A stretch of 64,000 bases of DNA from positions 8,796 through 72,795 of IMG/VR virus record IMGVR_UViG_3300036768_001133. The stretch is one strand, 5' to 3'. Numbering within the stretch: the first letter of the stretch is position 1; each line of letters begins with the position of its first letter. A model generated the notes under the pieces. The model was given only the letters and a program-made list of their open reading frames with translations. It searched no databases and had not been told where the DNA came from. Of the stretch, positions 27,601 through 36,977 are shown piece after piece. This DNA is from a virus. A program made the translations under genes and the position numbers.

Positions 27601-30600
27601 GCTATGTTAATAAGTCTATAACTTGTTTTTCCATTAGGCAAAGCACGTTCTAATACAATAATGTTTGTATGGTCGTCTAATAAATCATATTGATTAGCCA
27701 GTTGTGCTATTTCATTACTGCTTGATTTATTTACAAGATATATCTTATCTTCTTTTTTATAGTCAGGAAATAACTTTAAGTATTTTAATTGTTGTTTAGC
27801 TAATACATAATCGCTAAAATTTACATCACTATCACTAACGTCTTGTCTTTTTTCTTCATAAGATTTTATGATTTTATTAAGTTCAGATGCTTTTTGTATA
27901 GGATTGCCTATCCCTTTGTAAAAGTTAATAACTTCATTTAATTCTTGTTTTTGCAGTTCATAGAAAAACTTTTTAGCATATTCTTCATTATTCATTTTAA
28001 TAGTTTGCTTAAAATCTTCCCAAGACATATCTACCTTACCTTTTGATGTAGTAATAGATACTATCTTATCATTTGTATCAAAAGGTCTTCCTAATAGGTT
28101 AATATATGCTTGCCTATTATTAAAGCTATCTATGTAATATTCTCTATGCTCTTGGGCGTATTCAGATAGGTAACTCATTGTTACTTCATTAGTAGAATAT
28201 CCCAAAGCATTAAAAATATTAGTAAAATTTGATGAACCTAATTTATAGTATATTGTATTAGATAAATTAGACCTTATATCATCAGTAATTTGAACATTGC
28301 CATATAATACATTACTTGCATAATCATTTAATATATGGTATATTTTTTTCTTTTCTATATCTGTTATTCCGAATAGCTTATCATTTATGTATCTGTTTAA
28401 CTTGTCTATTATATTTCTTATTAAAGACATAATAGCACCAAAGAAATTTCCTGTTTTATATTGTATTTCTGCATACCTCTTTGTATTGTATAACCCAATT
28501 AACTCTGTAATAGCCTCATCAACAAAATCACTTTCCTTATCATATACTTCATTATACCTACGTAATACCTCTTTGTAAAGTTCTGTATTACGTATTAAGT
28601 TAGACAACTCTTCATATACATCAGGAAAATTCTTCTTTAATAGAGCTACTTGATAATGACCTATTTCGTGAAAGCCTGTATCTAAATCTATATTAGCTAT
28701 GTTAAAATAAACTACATTGTTTTCTATTTTTCCTTTCCAAGTAGCACTTGCATTGTTTTCTATCTTTACTTCTACGCCTGCTTTCTTTAATGTATCTGTC
28801 GCAAATTCTAAAAAGCTATGTTTTAAGTTGCTTAATAATAACTCATCATTTGACTCTCTTGTAAATACGGGAAAAAACTCTCTGCCATCTAATTGATATA
28901 ACTCTTCTGTTTCTTGGTTTTGAAGTTTTGTTGTTTCTTCTATTACTTCTGTCGAAGTAACTACTTCACTGCTTGCTATATCTCTTACATTTGCAAAAGC
29001 TAAATAAGACATAGCATAAGTATTAAAATGTGATAGCAGTGATATAGGAATACGGCTTCTAACAACAATGTTTCCAATGCTTGTCTCAACAGGATAAAGC
29101 CTTGATTTTAGTTTGCCAAAAGAACTTGATACCTCTTCATAAATAACCATTCTCTCTTTATCTGCTTGCCTTGCCTCTTTATCTCTGCCTTTTATTAAAT
29201 CATATACCGACTTTGAAGTATAAACCATATGATTTCTTACTCTTTGACCTGTATGTGTCAAAGATATGTCTTTGTCTGATTTTACAAGAATATCCTCAAA
29301 TACGGCTTTACCATCTATTATTCCTCCAAAAAACTTTACTTTGTCCTTTTCACTTGCTACCTCTTTGGCATAATCTTGATATTTCTTTTGCACTAATGAA
29401 GGCAAAAAACCACGTATGCTCCTATAGCTATTTGCTTTATGCGTTAATACACTATACAAATCAAACATAGAAAGAAGACCCGAAGGCATACGTGAAAATA
29501 TATCTTGCGAAAAGATTATCTCATCTTCGGATAAAGATGTGATTGCTTTTCTGCGTTCTATCATCATACTACCAAAAGTGTCTCTTTCTATACGAAACAC
29601 TGACCATAAAGGTTTATAGTCCTCCTGCTTTTTGAAAACAGCTTCTAAAAAGGACGCAAGCATTTGCGTATAAGCATACCTGCCTTCAAAACTTAATATA
29701 TTGCCTTTATTCTTTGCATAATTGCCTATCTCATCTAACAATTCCGATAAAGTATATTTTACTTTGTAATATACCCCATTCACATTTGTCCCATCAGGAA
29801 CAATAATCTCTACTATATCTCTATTACCCTCCTTTCTGTTATTTCTATCTACTTGGGTTGAATACTTATTTACATATACCTCTTGATTAGATAAATTATT
29901 ACTATCTAAAAATGCTTTCAAATCACTTACATATATACTATCCAAATTGTCTATAACATATCCTAATGATAAACTATCATAATATATGTTCTTAAAAGAA
30001 TTAAATAAAGTAAAAAAAGATTTTGCAGATTTTATTTCTTTGTTGTATATTCTTTCTAAAAACCGAAAACTATCTTCTCTGTAATAAGGATATATTTCTG
30101 CTAAATCCTTAATTAGCAATGAAGCGTTTTCTAAAACTTGTACTTTACCAAATTCAGATTTTAAAAAATAGCTTGATGAATTTTCTATAAAATTAACTTC
30201 ATTATTACTTTTACTTACTTTATCATAACTTTCACTAACAATTTGTTGTATAGTATCTCCATAAAAAGTATTTTTTACACTAATACTATTTTGAAAAGCT
30301 AATAATCCTCCAACAATCTTATCTAAATAATCTTCAAAGTTATTTTTGTATCTATTGATATTTGTTATCTTTTGTAATTTCAAAGATTGTTGCGCTATAT
30401 CTAATAAAGTTTTAATAAACTCCTTTTGATTTATTAATTCTTTCTTTTTATTTTCATCAGTTTCTAATTCTTCTTTACTCTTAAAAAATCTATCTACTAC
30501 TCTTTCCATCTTTATAGGCATAATCCCTTTCATGGAAGCTATGTTAATAGCATCAGATAGCTCCCTTAATATCGTATTATTAGGTCTTTTAGTTTCTTCA

Positions 30601-33600
30601 TCATATCCCCCACCAATAAAATCTAATATCTCATTTATATCTGCTCCATATAGCAATAAAGCATTGATAAGATTAGTAGTAAAAGCTGTAACATTTTGCT
30701 TTCCAGTGGCATTGTACTTGCTATCATCAAGTACGGTCTGTGTTAGCTTGTCTATGATAGGCTGTATATCTAAAACTTTCTCGTTAAAATGTATATAAAA
30801 CTTATTTCCCCTCTCTCCCTTAAAGCTTTTTAATCCAAAACTATTAGCAACATCTTTGTTTATTTCAGGTAAGACAAAGTCAATATTGTTATCCTTATTT
30901 ATCATTTTCAGATAACTATACACTTCATTAAACTTTACAAAATATCCTACTAACTTTTGACTACCCTGATTTTGTATTTGGCTGTTTATCTTGTTTAAGC
31001 CTGTCATCATTCTGAAAGGAAAAGATAAAATAGCATCTTTCTGTTTTAACTCTGACAAGCTCTTGTCTATGTATTCTGTATATTTCTCCGCTTTTTCTAA
31101 AATCAAAGTATTATCTATGGGTGTGATAGATTTGACAAAGTTTTCTGACAAAGATAAATTTGCTTCCAAAGAGTCATAATACTTATTAGAATATACCAAA
31201 TTTTCATTATTAGGTATTTTTGCAATAATCGTAGCACTATCTCCGTCGTTATCTGAACCTTCTATGTATTGCGACTCATAAGGTAAAAATAAAATGTTAT
31301 TCATATTCTCTACAAAACCTACTATCTTACTATTTCTAAATGAAGCCCTTGAAGTTGTAGGAATACGTATGCTTACTACTTTTATATCTTTTCTGTCTGT
31401 ACTAATTAAATCTTTGTCGCTTTTCCAAAAAGTATCTTTTAGCTTTTTATCATATACAGCAGGACTTGCATAATCTCCAAGTTTGTAATGCACCTTAAAA
31501 TCATTTGACATTATTATCTCCGCAGGCGCTATTACAAACTCATTGTCAAATGCTTTGCTATCTGTTTTTAATAATTTTATAGCTTCTATTAACTTGTTGC
31601 CTAATACAAGCCTATTAGTGTTTTTATGTCTAATTGTTTGCGTCTGTAATGGTCTTGCTATGAACCTATCTGCATAATCTTCTCTTATCTGATAGTAATT
31701 ATTACTATCTTCTTTTAAAACCATATCATATTTATTGTTAAGCCCATTAAATATCTTTATAGATGTGTAGTTTTTGTCTAAATCCCCTTCATCTATTTCA
31801 TAAACTATAAAACTCTTTTTAGTTATTTTCCCTGTTTTTTTGTTTTTAAATTCTTTTTCTATTCTTTTAGCAGTGTAACGTACTCTGTCTTCACTTGCAA
31901 ACTTTTCAGCATAACTTTGCAAACGAAAATATTTATTTCGTTTTACTATACCCATCAGTAATAAATCCCGCAAGGTATAAGTATTTCCTGTTTCTATGTC
32001 TTCAAAGATATACATACCTATACCCGTAGCATCACCAATTACTTTTCTATCCCCTGCTACTTTGGGTATAGATGAACGTTTCATAGGCTTTAAGATAGCA
32101 CTCCCTACTTCACGCTCATAAGTAGGTTCATATAAACTTACTTCTCCATTATCCTGTATCTTTGAAGCTATTAACTCATTTCCCCCCAAACTATATTGGT
32201 CACTTATAGATTGTAATAAATTATTTACTACTTTACTCTTACTTTCATCATCAACATTAGTAGATAAACTATAGTTGTTTCTATATTTTTCTAATGCTCT
32301 ATTAGATAGCTCAATGATGCTTTTGTAAGTCTCTTTGCTCATCACTAAATAAGAAATCTGACTTGGCAAAGAAACTACATTCACTTCATAAGGATTTATT
32401 TCGTGTGTTACTTTGGTTACCTCTCCAAATTGTGTAGCACTAACATAATCACTTATATCTAAAACTTCTGAATTTTCTATCGCATCTGCATTATACTTTA
32501 CTCCCGTATAAGTCTTTGAACCTGTTTCATCAGTAAGTATATGCAATAAATGCAAATTTATATCAAATACTAAATCTATATCTAACTTAAACTTTTCGTG
32601 TGCTGTATTAAAATATAAATCTCCTACCTGTTCCCATTGCTTTTTTATCTGTTTGTATAACTCATTAAAATTTTGCTTATTAGACAAAATGTAATTCTTG
32701 CCATTAAAAGCAATCCTTTTAGATGTACCTCTATTCTGAAGCAAATCCAGTGTTACTTTCTTTAAATCGCTTACAAGTTTTTCTGTTTCCTCATCTAAAC
32801 TAATATATTCCTCTCCCTGCTTTTTAGATAGTAAAGCCGTAGATATCCTTATAGCTTTCATACTATCTAAATACTCTTTTATTAGATCTTTATAATCCTG
32901 TAAAGAATATTCATAATCTAATAGCTTCCTGTAAGCATCAACTTTTGTATCTGCATTTAATTGATTTTTTAACCTTTGTAGTTTTTTCTTATTTACATTA
33001 TTCTTTTTGGTCTCTTCTATTATCTCATTTTCTATTTCTTTTCTTATATCATTAAGTTCAAAAATAACTTTATCGTAATAATTTTTTCTTTTCTCGTTTA
33101 GCCTTTCAATAATACTATCAGGCAAAGCATTTTCGTTTAGCTTTCTTATTTTGCCCAAAGGGTCAAAGTCTTGCAATTGTGTATGTAAATTCAAAGTAGA
33201 GGTCTTATCAAATATACCTGTTAATTGATGAGTTATCCCTGCTATGGTGTTCTTGGTAATACCTTCCATATTGGTATTAGTAGCATCACCTAATAGCAAA
33301 GCAACTAATGGACTAACAAACATAAAACCATCAGCAAGCTCTTTATTAGTAAGGGCTTCTGCACTCTTTTTAAACTCATCTCCTAATAAATTATAGTAAG
33401 TTTGTAGTAATGATGTTTCAGGATAAACATCACCATAAGTTTTGGCTTTTAAGACTACACGATTAAGGGTAGATACTACCGAAGGGTCTGCAACATTATG
33501 AGCTGTCTGTCTTAAAATAATACGTTTAGATAGCTCCGTAGGCTCTCTAAATATCTTTACTTCATCATCAGCTAAATGACCACCTACTAAAAATAACTCA

Positions 33601-36600
33601 TATATGCCTGATAAAATATCTAATTCAAAAATCTTTCTTGCAAACTTATTTTTTTCTTTATCATCTAATAAGGCTTCATCTATATTATTATTTAACCTTG
33701 ATAATATTTCTTTTACTTTTTGTACTTGCTTGTAAGATTCTGTTTTTTCTGAAAAGTTGGCTTGTAAAATACTTACATACTGACTATATCTATTTACATA
33801 ATCTTTCAAAGATTTAATGTATGATATAAGGATATTTTCTTTCTCTTTATAGAGCTTATCTAAAAGTGTATCTTCTATATCTGTTTCAGAATTACTTGTA
33901 TTATTCCTATATGCAAAACCATATCTATTAGGCAGTAAAATTTTGTTATCTTTACCTATTGTGTAATGAACATTCTTTAATAGACCATACTTTTTGTATA
34001 GCTCATTAACTATGTTTTCTTTTTTCTTATTAGAAACATCTATTTCATCTTCTATACTATTATACTTTTCTTTTATCTTATTCTGTAAGTCTTTTGCATT
34101 TACATTGTCTATATCTACACTTATTCCTAACTTTTCTGCAAGGTGAATAGTATAAGCAGTAAATATATCTTGTAAAAGACTTTCTATGCTTTTATCTTTT
34201 AAAAACTTGACATCAGCTATAAATTGTAATTTCTTATTACTTGGTGTATGTAATACTGCTTTGTCATCTAACAATAGATTGTAATGCAATAAAATCTTTT
34301 CTAATGCGTTTATATCGTGAAAGGTTACAGTTTCTTCGCCTAATCCTAATTCTTCTTCTCCTATATGTCTTACTGCACTTGTATCAAGTTTTGTAACTAA
34401 TTTTCTGCTTTTTAAGTAATTAGAAACACTATCCCCTAATTTATCTTTTATATCTTCTTTTAAAGCTATATGCAAATTGTATTTTCCAAAATAAGTAGAG
34501 GCTATCTTATCGTTTAAATATGCTTCTTCCTTATTTTGAAACATCTCTATAAAGAAAGGATTTGGGAAAAATACATTGTTAAATTGAACACTGGCTTCAT
34601 ATTTGTGTATCTTAAAATTGTTTCTTTCTTCTATGGTTTCTTTACTATCAATCCTAAAAACAACAATATCTCTTAAATTATACAAATAGTTAAGGTCGTT
34701 TCTTTTTAAAAATGATTTTAACGAAAGTTCTTCAAACTTATCTATATCGCTTTGTTTTATTTTATTTTCTAATGCGTCTCTAATATCTTGTTCTTTTTCT
34801 ACTTTTACATTGTTTTCCTTGATAAATCTATTCAGCTCAAAAACAGATGAAAAAATATCTTTGTCTTCCCTAATAATCCCTAATCTTTTTGTATTGTAAT
34901 CGTGAACTAAAAATATATCTGTACTATTCGTAATAAGCCTATACAAAGCAAAACGAGTAAATAACTCTTTAGCTAAATCATTTAGATTTTTATCCTTACT
35001 ATCAGAAAATAACTCTTTATCTATCTCTACTTCATATTCTAAATATTTGTATTTAGCCTTAAAAATATAGCTATTGTTAGATAACTTATTTACTACTCCC
35101 TGCTGTAATTCAAACTCTACTTCATTAGATTTTAAAAACAAAAGATAAGGATTATCATCAGACATTGTGCTAATGTAAGTCTCCAAAGGCGATAGTAACT
35201 TTTGATTTATCTCGTTTTTTACTACTCCCCAATTTGTATGATTTACTGCTTTATTAAATCTGTTTTGCCAATTGTCCTTACCAAAATCATATATACCATT
35301 TGGAAATGCAGTTTGTAAATTTGATGATAAAAACTCATCTAAATCGTTTAATATAGAATTATATGCTTTATCTAATACATAATCAAGGTTTATAGCTAAT
35401 AACTCATTAGAGGTTTTAAGCACATAATTGCTATTTATCCATACGTTATTATAAGGCTGTACGGAAATAACTTCATTGATAATATTAAATAAAGCAGATT
35501 GCGAATATTCAGGGACTTGTTGTTTCTTAAAGTGTAATAGATAAGGGTTAAATGTCTGAATATGCTCGTTATCTTTTGAAATAATTACCCTGTAACGAGT
35601 ATCTATATCTTCGTTACCAAAGAATAATATGCTATCAATATTACTATTATCTTCTAAAAATTCTGATAAATAACGTACTGCAAAAGATAACAAAGCCTTG
35701 TTATACCTGCCAAACTTTTTTTCTAATGCACCCTTTATTAACTCTTCTCTCCAATTGTTTTTGTTTTCTATCCTATTAAAAGCAAAACGTAAAGCCTCTA
35801 ATATGTATTCAGGTGAAAAAAAGTTAGGTAATAAGCTATTTTTTTTATATGCTTCCTCTATGATTACTCGTGTTACCTTTTTACCTTCTATCTCTACTTT
35901 TGTTTCTATAATATTTACATTTGGAATAAACTTTAATAGCTCTCTTACGTTTTTTGAAGTAAGCCTGATATTAGGCTTTTCAAAAGCTATGTCCATTACT
36001 TCGTTTATTCCCCGCTCATTAAAGTCTGAAAGCAAATCCTCTTCTTCCTCCTGTACATCTACAATGTTAGTTTCAAAATTGCTTAATTCAGTAATAATGT
36101 CTTCTTGGGTTTCTTCTGTTACTTCTTCTTCCTCTACTTCTTCTTCCTCTACATTTTCTTCTGTTTCTGCTTCTGCTTTTAACTCTTCTTTTTGTTTTTC
36201 TATCTTTTGTCGTTTTAATTCTGCAAGAATCTTGTCAGGAATTTTGTAAAACCTGCTTTTTGCTCTTGGGCTAATAGGTATGTTTTCTAATAAAATATCT
36301 GTAATAGCTTTTAAAGGCGATACTTTGTATTTAGAATTCTCCTTGCCTGCATCTTTAATATATTCTTCGTGTGCTTCTTTGAGCTTATACATATAGTCAG
36401 CTACTATAAGCATACGCTCATAGCCAACTAATTTTTCTCCTTTGTTATATTTATCTTTTACTTCTCTTAATATGGTATTTTCGTCTTTGCCTTTATAGCT
36501 ATTTGATAGTTTTGCAATAACAAAATTTTTTAAATTGTTTAATACATTATAATAGTCATTAAAATTGCTAATATTATTAAAAACTACACCATAAGCACTT

Positions 36601-36965
36601 TTAGCTGTAAATAAACGCTCAAACAAATCTACTTTCAGATACTCAAAAAACTTAAAAAACTCTTTCTTCCTATCTTCAAAACTACCATAATCGCTAAAAG
36701 CACTATTGATGAAATTGTTAATACTATCTACTTTTTCTTTGCTAAAAGATTTTAATTTCTTGCCATATTCTAACTTCATTAAATTAACATACCAATCATT
36801 GATAGTTTCTTTGCTATTACTATTGCTGATAGATTGCTTATATCTGTTAATAACTTCTTCTGAAATAGGTAAATTACCTATCATTAGTATATTATCACTA
36901 TCTTTACGATAACCTAATAAAATATCATCTAATAGCTTTGCACGATTGATGGATAGACAACTCAT
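24684..36965 (-). CDS. Giant virion-associated two-barrel RNA polymerase with a zincin-like motif (4093 aa)
   Basis: RIPT...GSDNDGD catalytic loop (nt 31239-31259), upstream ADGFMFVSP motif, HEIGH (nt 28656-28670); size and position match crAss-like virion RNAPs. Confidence 0.85.
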   Translation of the reverse strand: MSCLSINRAKLLDDILLGYRKDSDNILMIGNLPISEEVINRYKQSISNSNSKETINDWYVNLMKLEYGKKLKSFSKEKVDSINNFINSAFSDYGSFEDRKKEFFKFFEYLKVDLFERLFTAKSAYGVVFNNISNFNDYYNVLNNLKNFVIAKLSNSYKGKDENTILREVKDKYNKGEKLVGYERMLIVADYMYKLKEAHEEYIKDAGKENSKYKVSPLKAITDILLENIPISPRAKSRFYKIPDKILAELKRQKIEKQKEELKAEAETEENVEEEEVEEEEVTEETQEDIITELSNFETNIVDVQEEEEDLLSDFNERGINEVMDIAFEKPNIRLTSKNVRELLKFIPNVNIIETKVEIEGKKVTRVIIEEAYKKNSLLPNFFSPEYILEALRFAFNRIENKNNWREELIKGALEKKFGRYNKALLSFAVRYLSEFLEDNSNIDSILFFGNEDIDTRYRVIISKDNEHIQTFNPYLLHFKKQQVPEYSQSALFNIINEVISVQPYNNVWINSNYVLKTSNELLAINLDYVLDKAYNSILNDLDEFLSSNLQTAFPNGIYDFGKDNWQNRFNKAVNHTNWGVVKNEINQKLLSPLETYISTMSDDNPYLLFLKSNEVEFELQQGVVNKLSNNSYIFKAKYKYLEYEVEIDKELFSDSKDKNLNDLAKELFTRFALYRLITNSTDIFLVHDYNTKRLGIIREDKDIFSSVFELNRFIKENNVKVEKEQDIRDALENKIKQSDIDKFEELSLKSFLKRNDLNYLYNLRDIVVFRIDSKETIEERNNFKIHKYEASVQFNNVFFPNPFFIEMFQNKEEAYLNDKIASTYFGKYNLHIALKEDIKDKLGDSVSNYLKSRKLVTKLDTSAVRHIGEEELGLGEETVTFHDINALEKILLHYNLLLDDKAVLHTPSNKKLQFIADVKFLKDKSIESLLQDIFTAYTIHLAEKLGISVDIDNVNAKDLQNKIKEKYNSIEDEIDVSNKKKENIVNELYKKYGLLKNVHYTIGKDNKILLPNRYGFAYRNNTSNSETDIEDTLLDKLYKEKENILISYIKSLKDYVNRYSQYVSILQANFSEKTESYKQVQKVKEILSRLNNNIDEALLDDKEKNKFARKIFELDILSGIYELFLVGGHLADDEVKIFREPTELSKRIILRQTAHNVADPSVVSTLNRVVLKAKTYGDVYPETSLLQTYYNLLGDEFKKSAEALTNKELADGFMFVSPLVALLLGDATNTNMEGITKNTIAGITHQLTGIFDKTSTLNLHTQLQDFDPLGKIRKLNENALPDSIIERLNEKRKNYYDKVIFELNDIRKEIENEIIEETKKNNVNKKKLQRLKNQLNADTKVDAYRKLLDYEYSLQDYKDLIKEYLDSMKAIRISTALLSKKQGEEYISLDEETEKLVSDLKKVTLDLLQNRGTSKRIAFNGKNYILSNKQNFNELYKQIKKQWEQVGDLYFNTAHEKFKLDIDLVFDINLHLLHILTDETGSKTYTGVKYNADAIENSEVLDISDYVSATQFGEVTKVTHEINPYEVNVVSLPSQISYLVMSKETYKSIIELSNRALEKYRNNYSLSTNVDDESKSKVVNNLLQSISDQYSLGGNELIASKIQDNGEVSLYEPTYEREVGSAILKPMKRSSIPKVAGDRKVIGDATGIGMYIFEDIETGNTYTLRDLLLMGIVKRNKYFRLQSYAEKFASEDRVRYTAKRIEKEFKNKKTGKITKKSFIVYEIDEGDLDKNYTSIKIFNGLNNKYDMVLKEDSNNYYQIREDYADRFIARPLQTQTIRHKNTNRLVLGNKLIEAIKLLKTDSKAFDNEFVIAPAEIIMSNDFKVHYKLGDYASPAVYDKKLKDTFWKSDKDLISTDRKDIKVVSIRIPTTSRASFRNSKIVGFVENMNNILFLPYESQYIEGSDNDGDSATIIAKIPNNENLVYSNKYYDSLEANLSLSENFVKSITPIDNTLILEKAEKYTEYIDKSLSELKQKDAILSFPFRMMTGLNKINSQIQNQGSQKLVGYFVKFNEVYSYLKMINKDNNIDFVLPEINKDVANSFGLKSFKGERGNKFYIHFNEKVLDIQPIIDKLTQTVLDDSKYNATGKQNVTAFTTNLINALLLYGADINEILDFIGGGYDEETKRPNNTILRELSDAINIASMKGIMPIKMERVVDRFFKSKEELETDENKKKELINQKEFIKTLLDIAQQSLKLQKITNINRYKNNFEDYLDKIVGGLLAFQNSISVKNTFYGDTIQQIVSESYDKVSKSNNEVNFIENSSSYFLKSEFGKVQVLENASLLIKDLAEIYPYYREDSFRFLERIYNKEIKSAKSFFTLFNSFKNIYYDSLSLGYVIDNLDSIYVSDLKAFLDSNNLSNQEVYVNKYSTQVDRNNRKEGNRDIVEIIVPDGTNVNGVYYKVKYTLSELLDEIGNYAKNKGNILSFEGRYAYTQMLASFLEAVFKKQEDYKPLWSVFRIERDTFGSMMIERRKAITSLSEDEIIFSQDIFSRMPSGLLSMFDLYSVLTHKANSYRSIRGFLPSLVQKKYQDYAKEVASEKDKVKFFGGIIDGKAVFEDILVKSDKDISLTHTGQRVRNHMVYTSKSVYDLIKGRDKEARQADKERMVIYEEVSSSFGKLKSRLYPVETSIGNIVVRSRIPISLLSHFNTYAMSYLAFANVRDIASSEVVTSTEVIEETTKLQNQETEELYQLDGREFFPVFTRESNDELLLSNLKHSFLEFATDTLKKAGVEVKIENNASATWKGKIENNVVYFNIANIDLDTGFHEIGHYQVALLKKNFPDVYEELSNLIRNTELYKEVLRRYNEVYDKESDFVDEAITELIGLYNTKRYAEIQYKTGNFFGAIMSLIRNIIDKLNRYINDKLFGITDIEKKKIYHILNDYASNVLYGNVQITDDIRSNLSNTIYYKLGSSNFTNIFNALGYSTNEVTMSYLSEYAQEHREYYIDSFNNRQAYINLLGRPFDTNDKIVSITTSKGKVDMSWEDFKQTIKMNNEEYAKKFFYELQKQELNEVINFYKGIGNPIQKASELNKIIKSYEEKRQDVSDSDVNFSDYVLAKQQLKYLKLFPDYKKEDKIYLVNKSSSNEIAQLANQYDLLDDHTNIIVLERALPNGKTSYRLINIANKGYNWKDRYHQSTGFINKFSKMIEKFAYGLEGENYTLEDTLSYQTIILAKILLAKNANAQIGDLGLVKSLSESDSSFMIRKVFPNEYNERLRLLLQSNFQNKFVLNSLHLERILKDSYKIDDSSRLMPDYLSFLEGYYTNVSSIDTKDFPTFIEDYLLGKDTQTLLYAIESRIKQILKRYPNIQEEINYKNVYSDNLYLEFYYLVKTYFSLVTNNKDAYNSLDDLAKISSYITTDIENKNPYFNFLYEKYNNAKLLLKKKFDEYVRRVDNVFAEYKSKIQGIAFTNNEGKFYEHLFKYQDVVVNGKVEKFNTFELIKPIDPEWKQLNNAERKFIERYSDLLSELYLQAFKHRFGSEEGVLKYKEIEHIAKYLVPPMFKVDDFSLLSESAESSLQNFENILSGNQRTSKAKDYSDLPLMLYSMVNSLGSTAVRDGIIGKANGQLDINLNKKLSTDLRSILNFFYINTERYGILQDTKTAWNIARIMSKLRQIETGREQSNIIELIDSFAQKVLFNERIKFAKDALTRSIEKTGLIAESVSTLAALALNISSNTKAFIVSINKIIASTFAGRKDVFGTKELAKAVKILPFNMEKAFFLAEKFQFVNEDQLRWVVSKRIGTTQRDMFNTRAGMDMFFMGDKMSDMYIKLLVLTAQMIKEGTWEAYSLQEVNGMKELVYDKRKDKRANELKEYILENRIKQGLQGKGDLNDAYDANQIRRIELILNRVGAGLTEGSQVYLSSIPFGRALLKFKLFNMPFINNVLKPKGRNFNYKRLEVVNDKGKREVVELMPYEESIIRTLLRSLIIVLKTRNTRILKEQFSEEQMSSLRWAVSNIIYTMSMFLAFMMLDDEEKERDRDYVERRRFLFNILRNIYSDMNIFGVLSPTGIFNLNGLVSVKGVGNLAEATWYWLTLDFDKGFRKTMNSVGVLNSVEEFYKAFNGEGYHNLNKEIRKGLQEDEQRLKDDIDEWLEIE

Positions 36966-36977
36966 AATAGTATAGTG

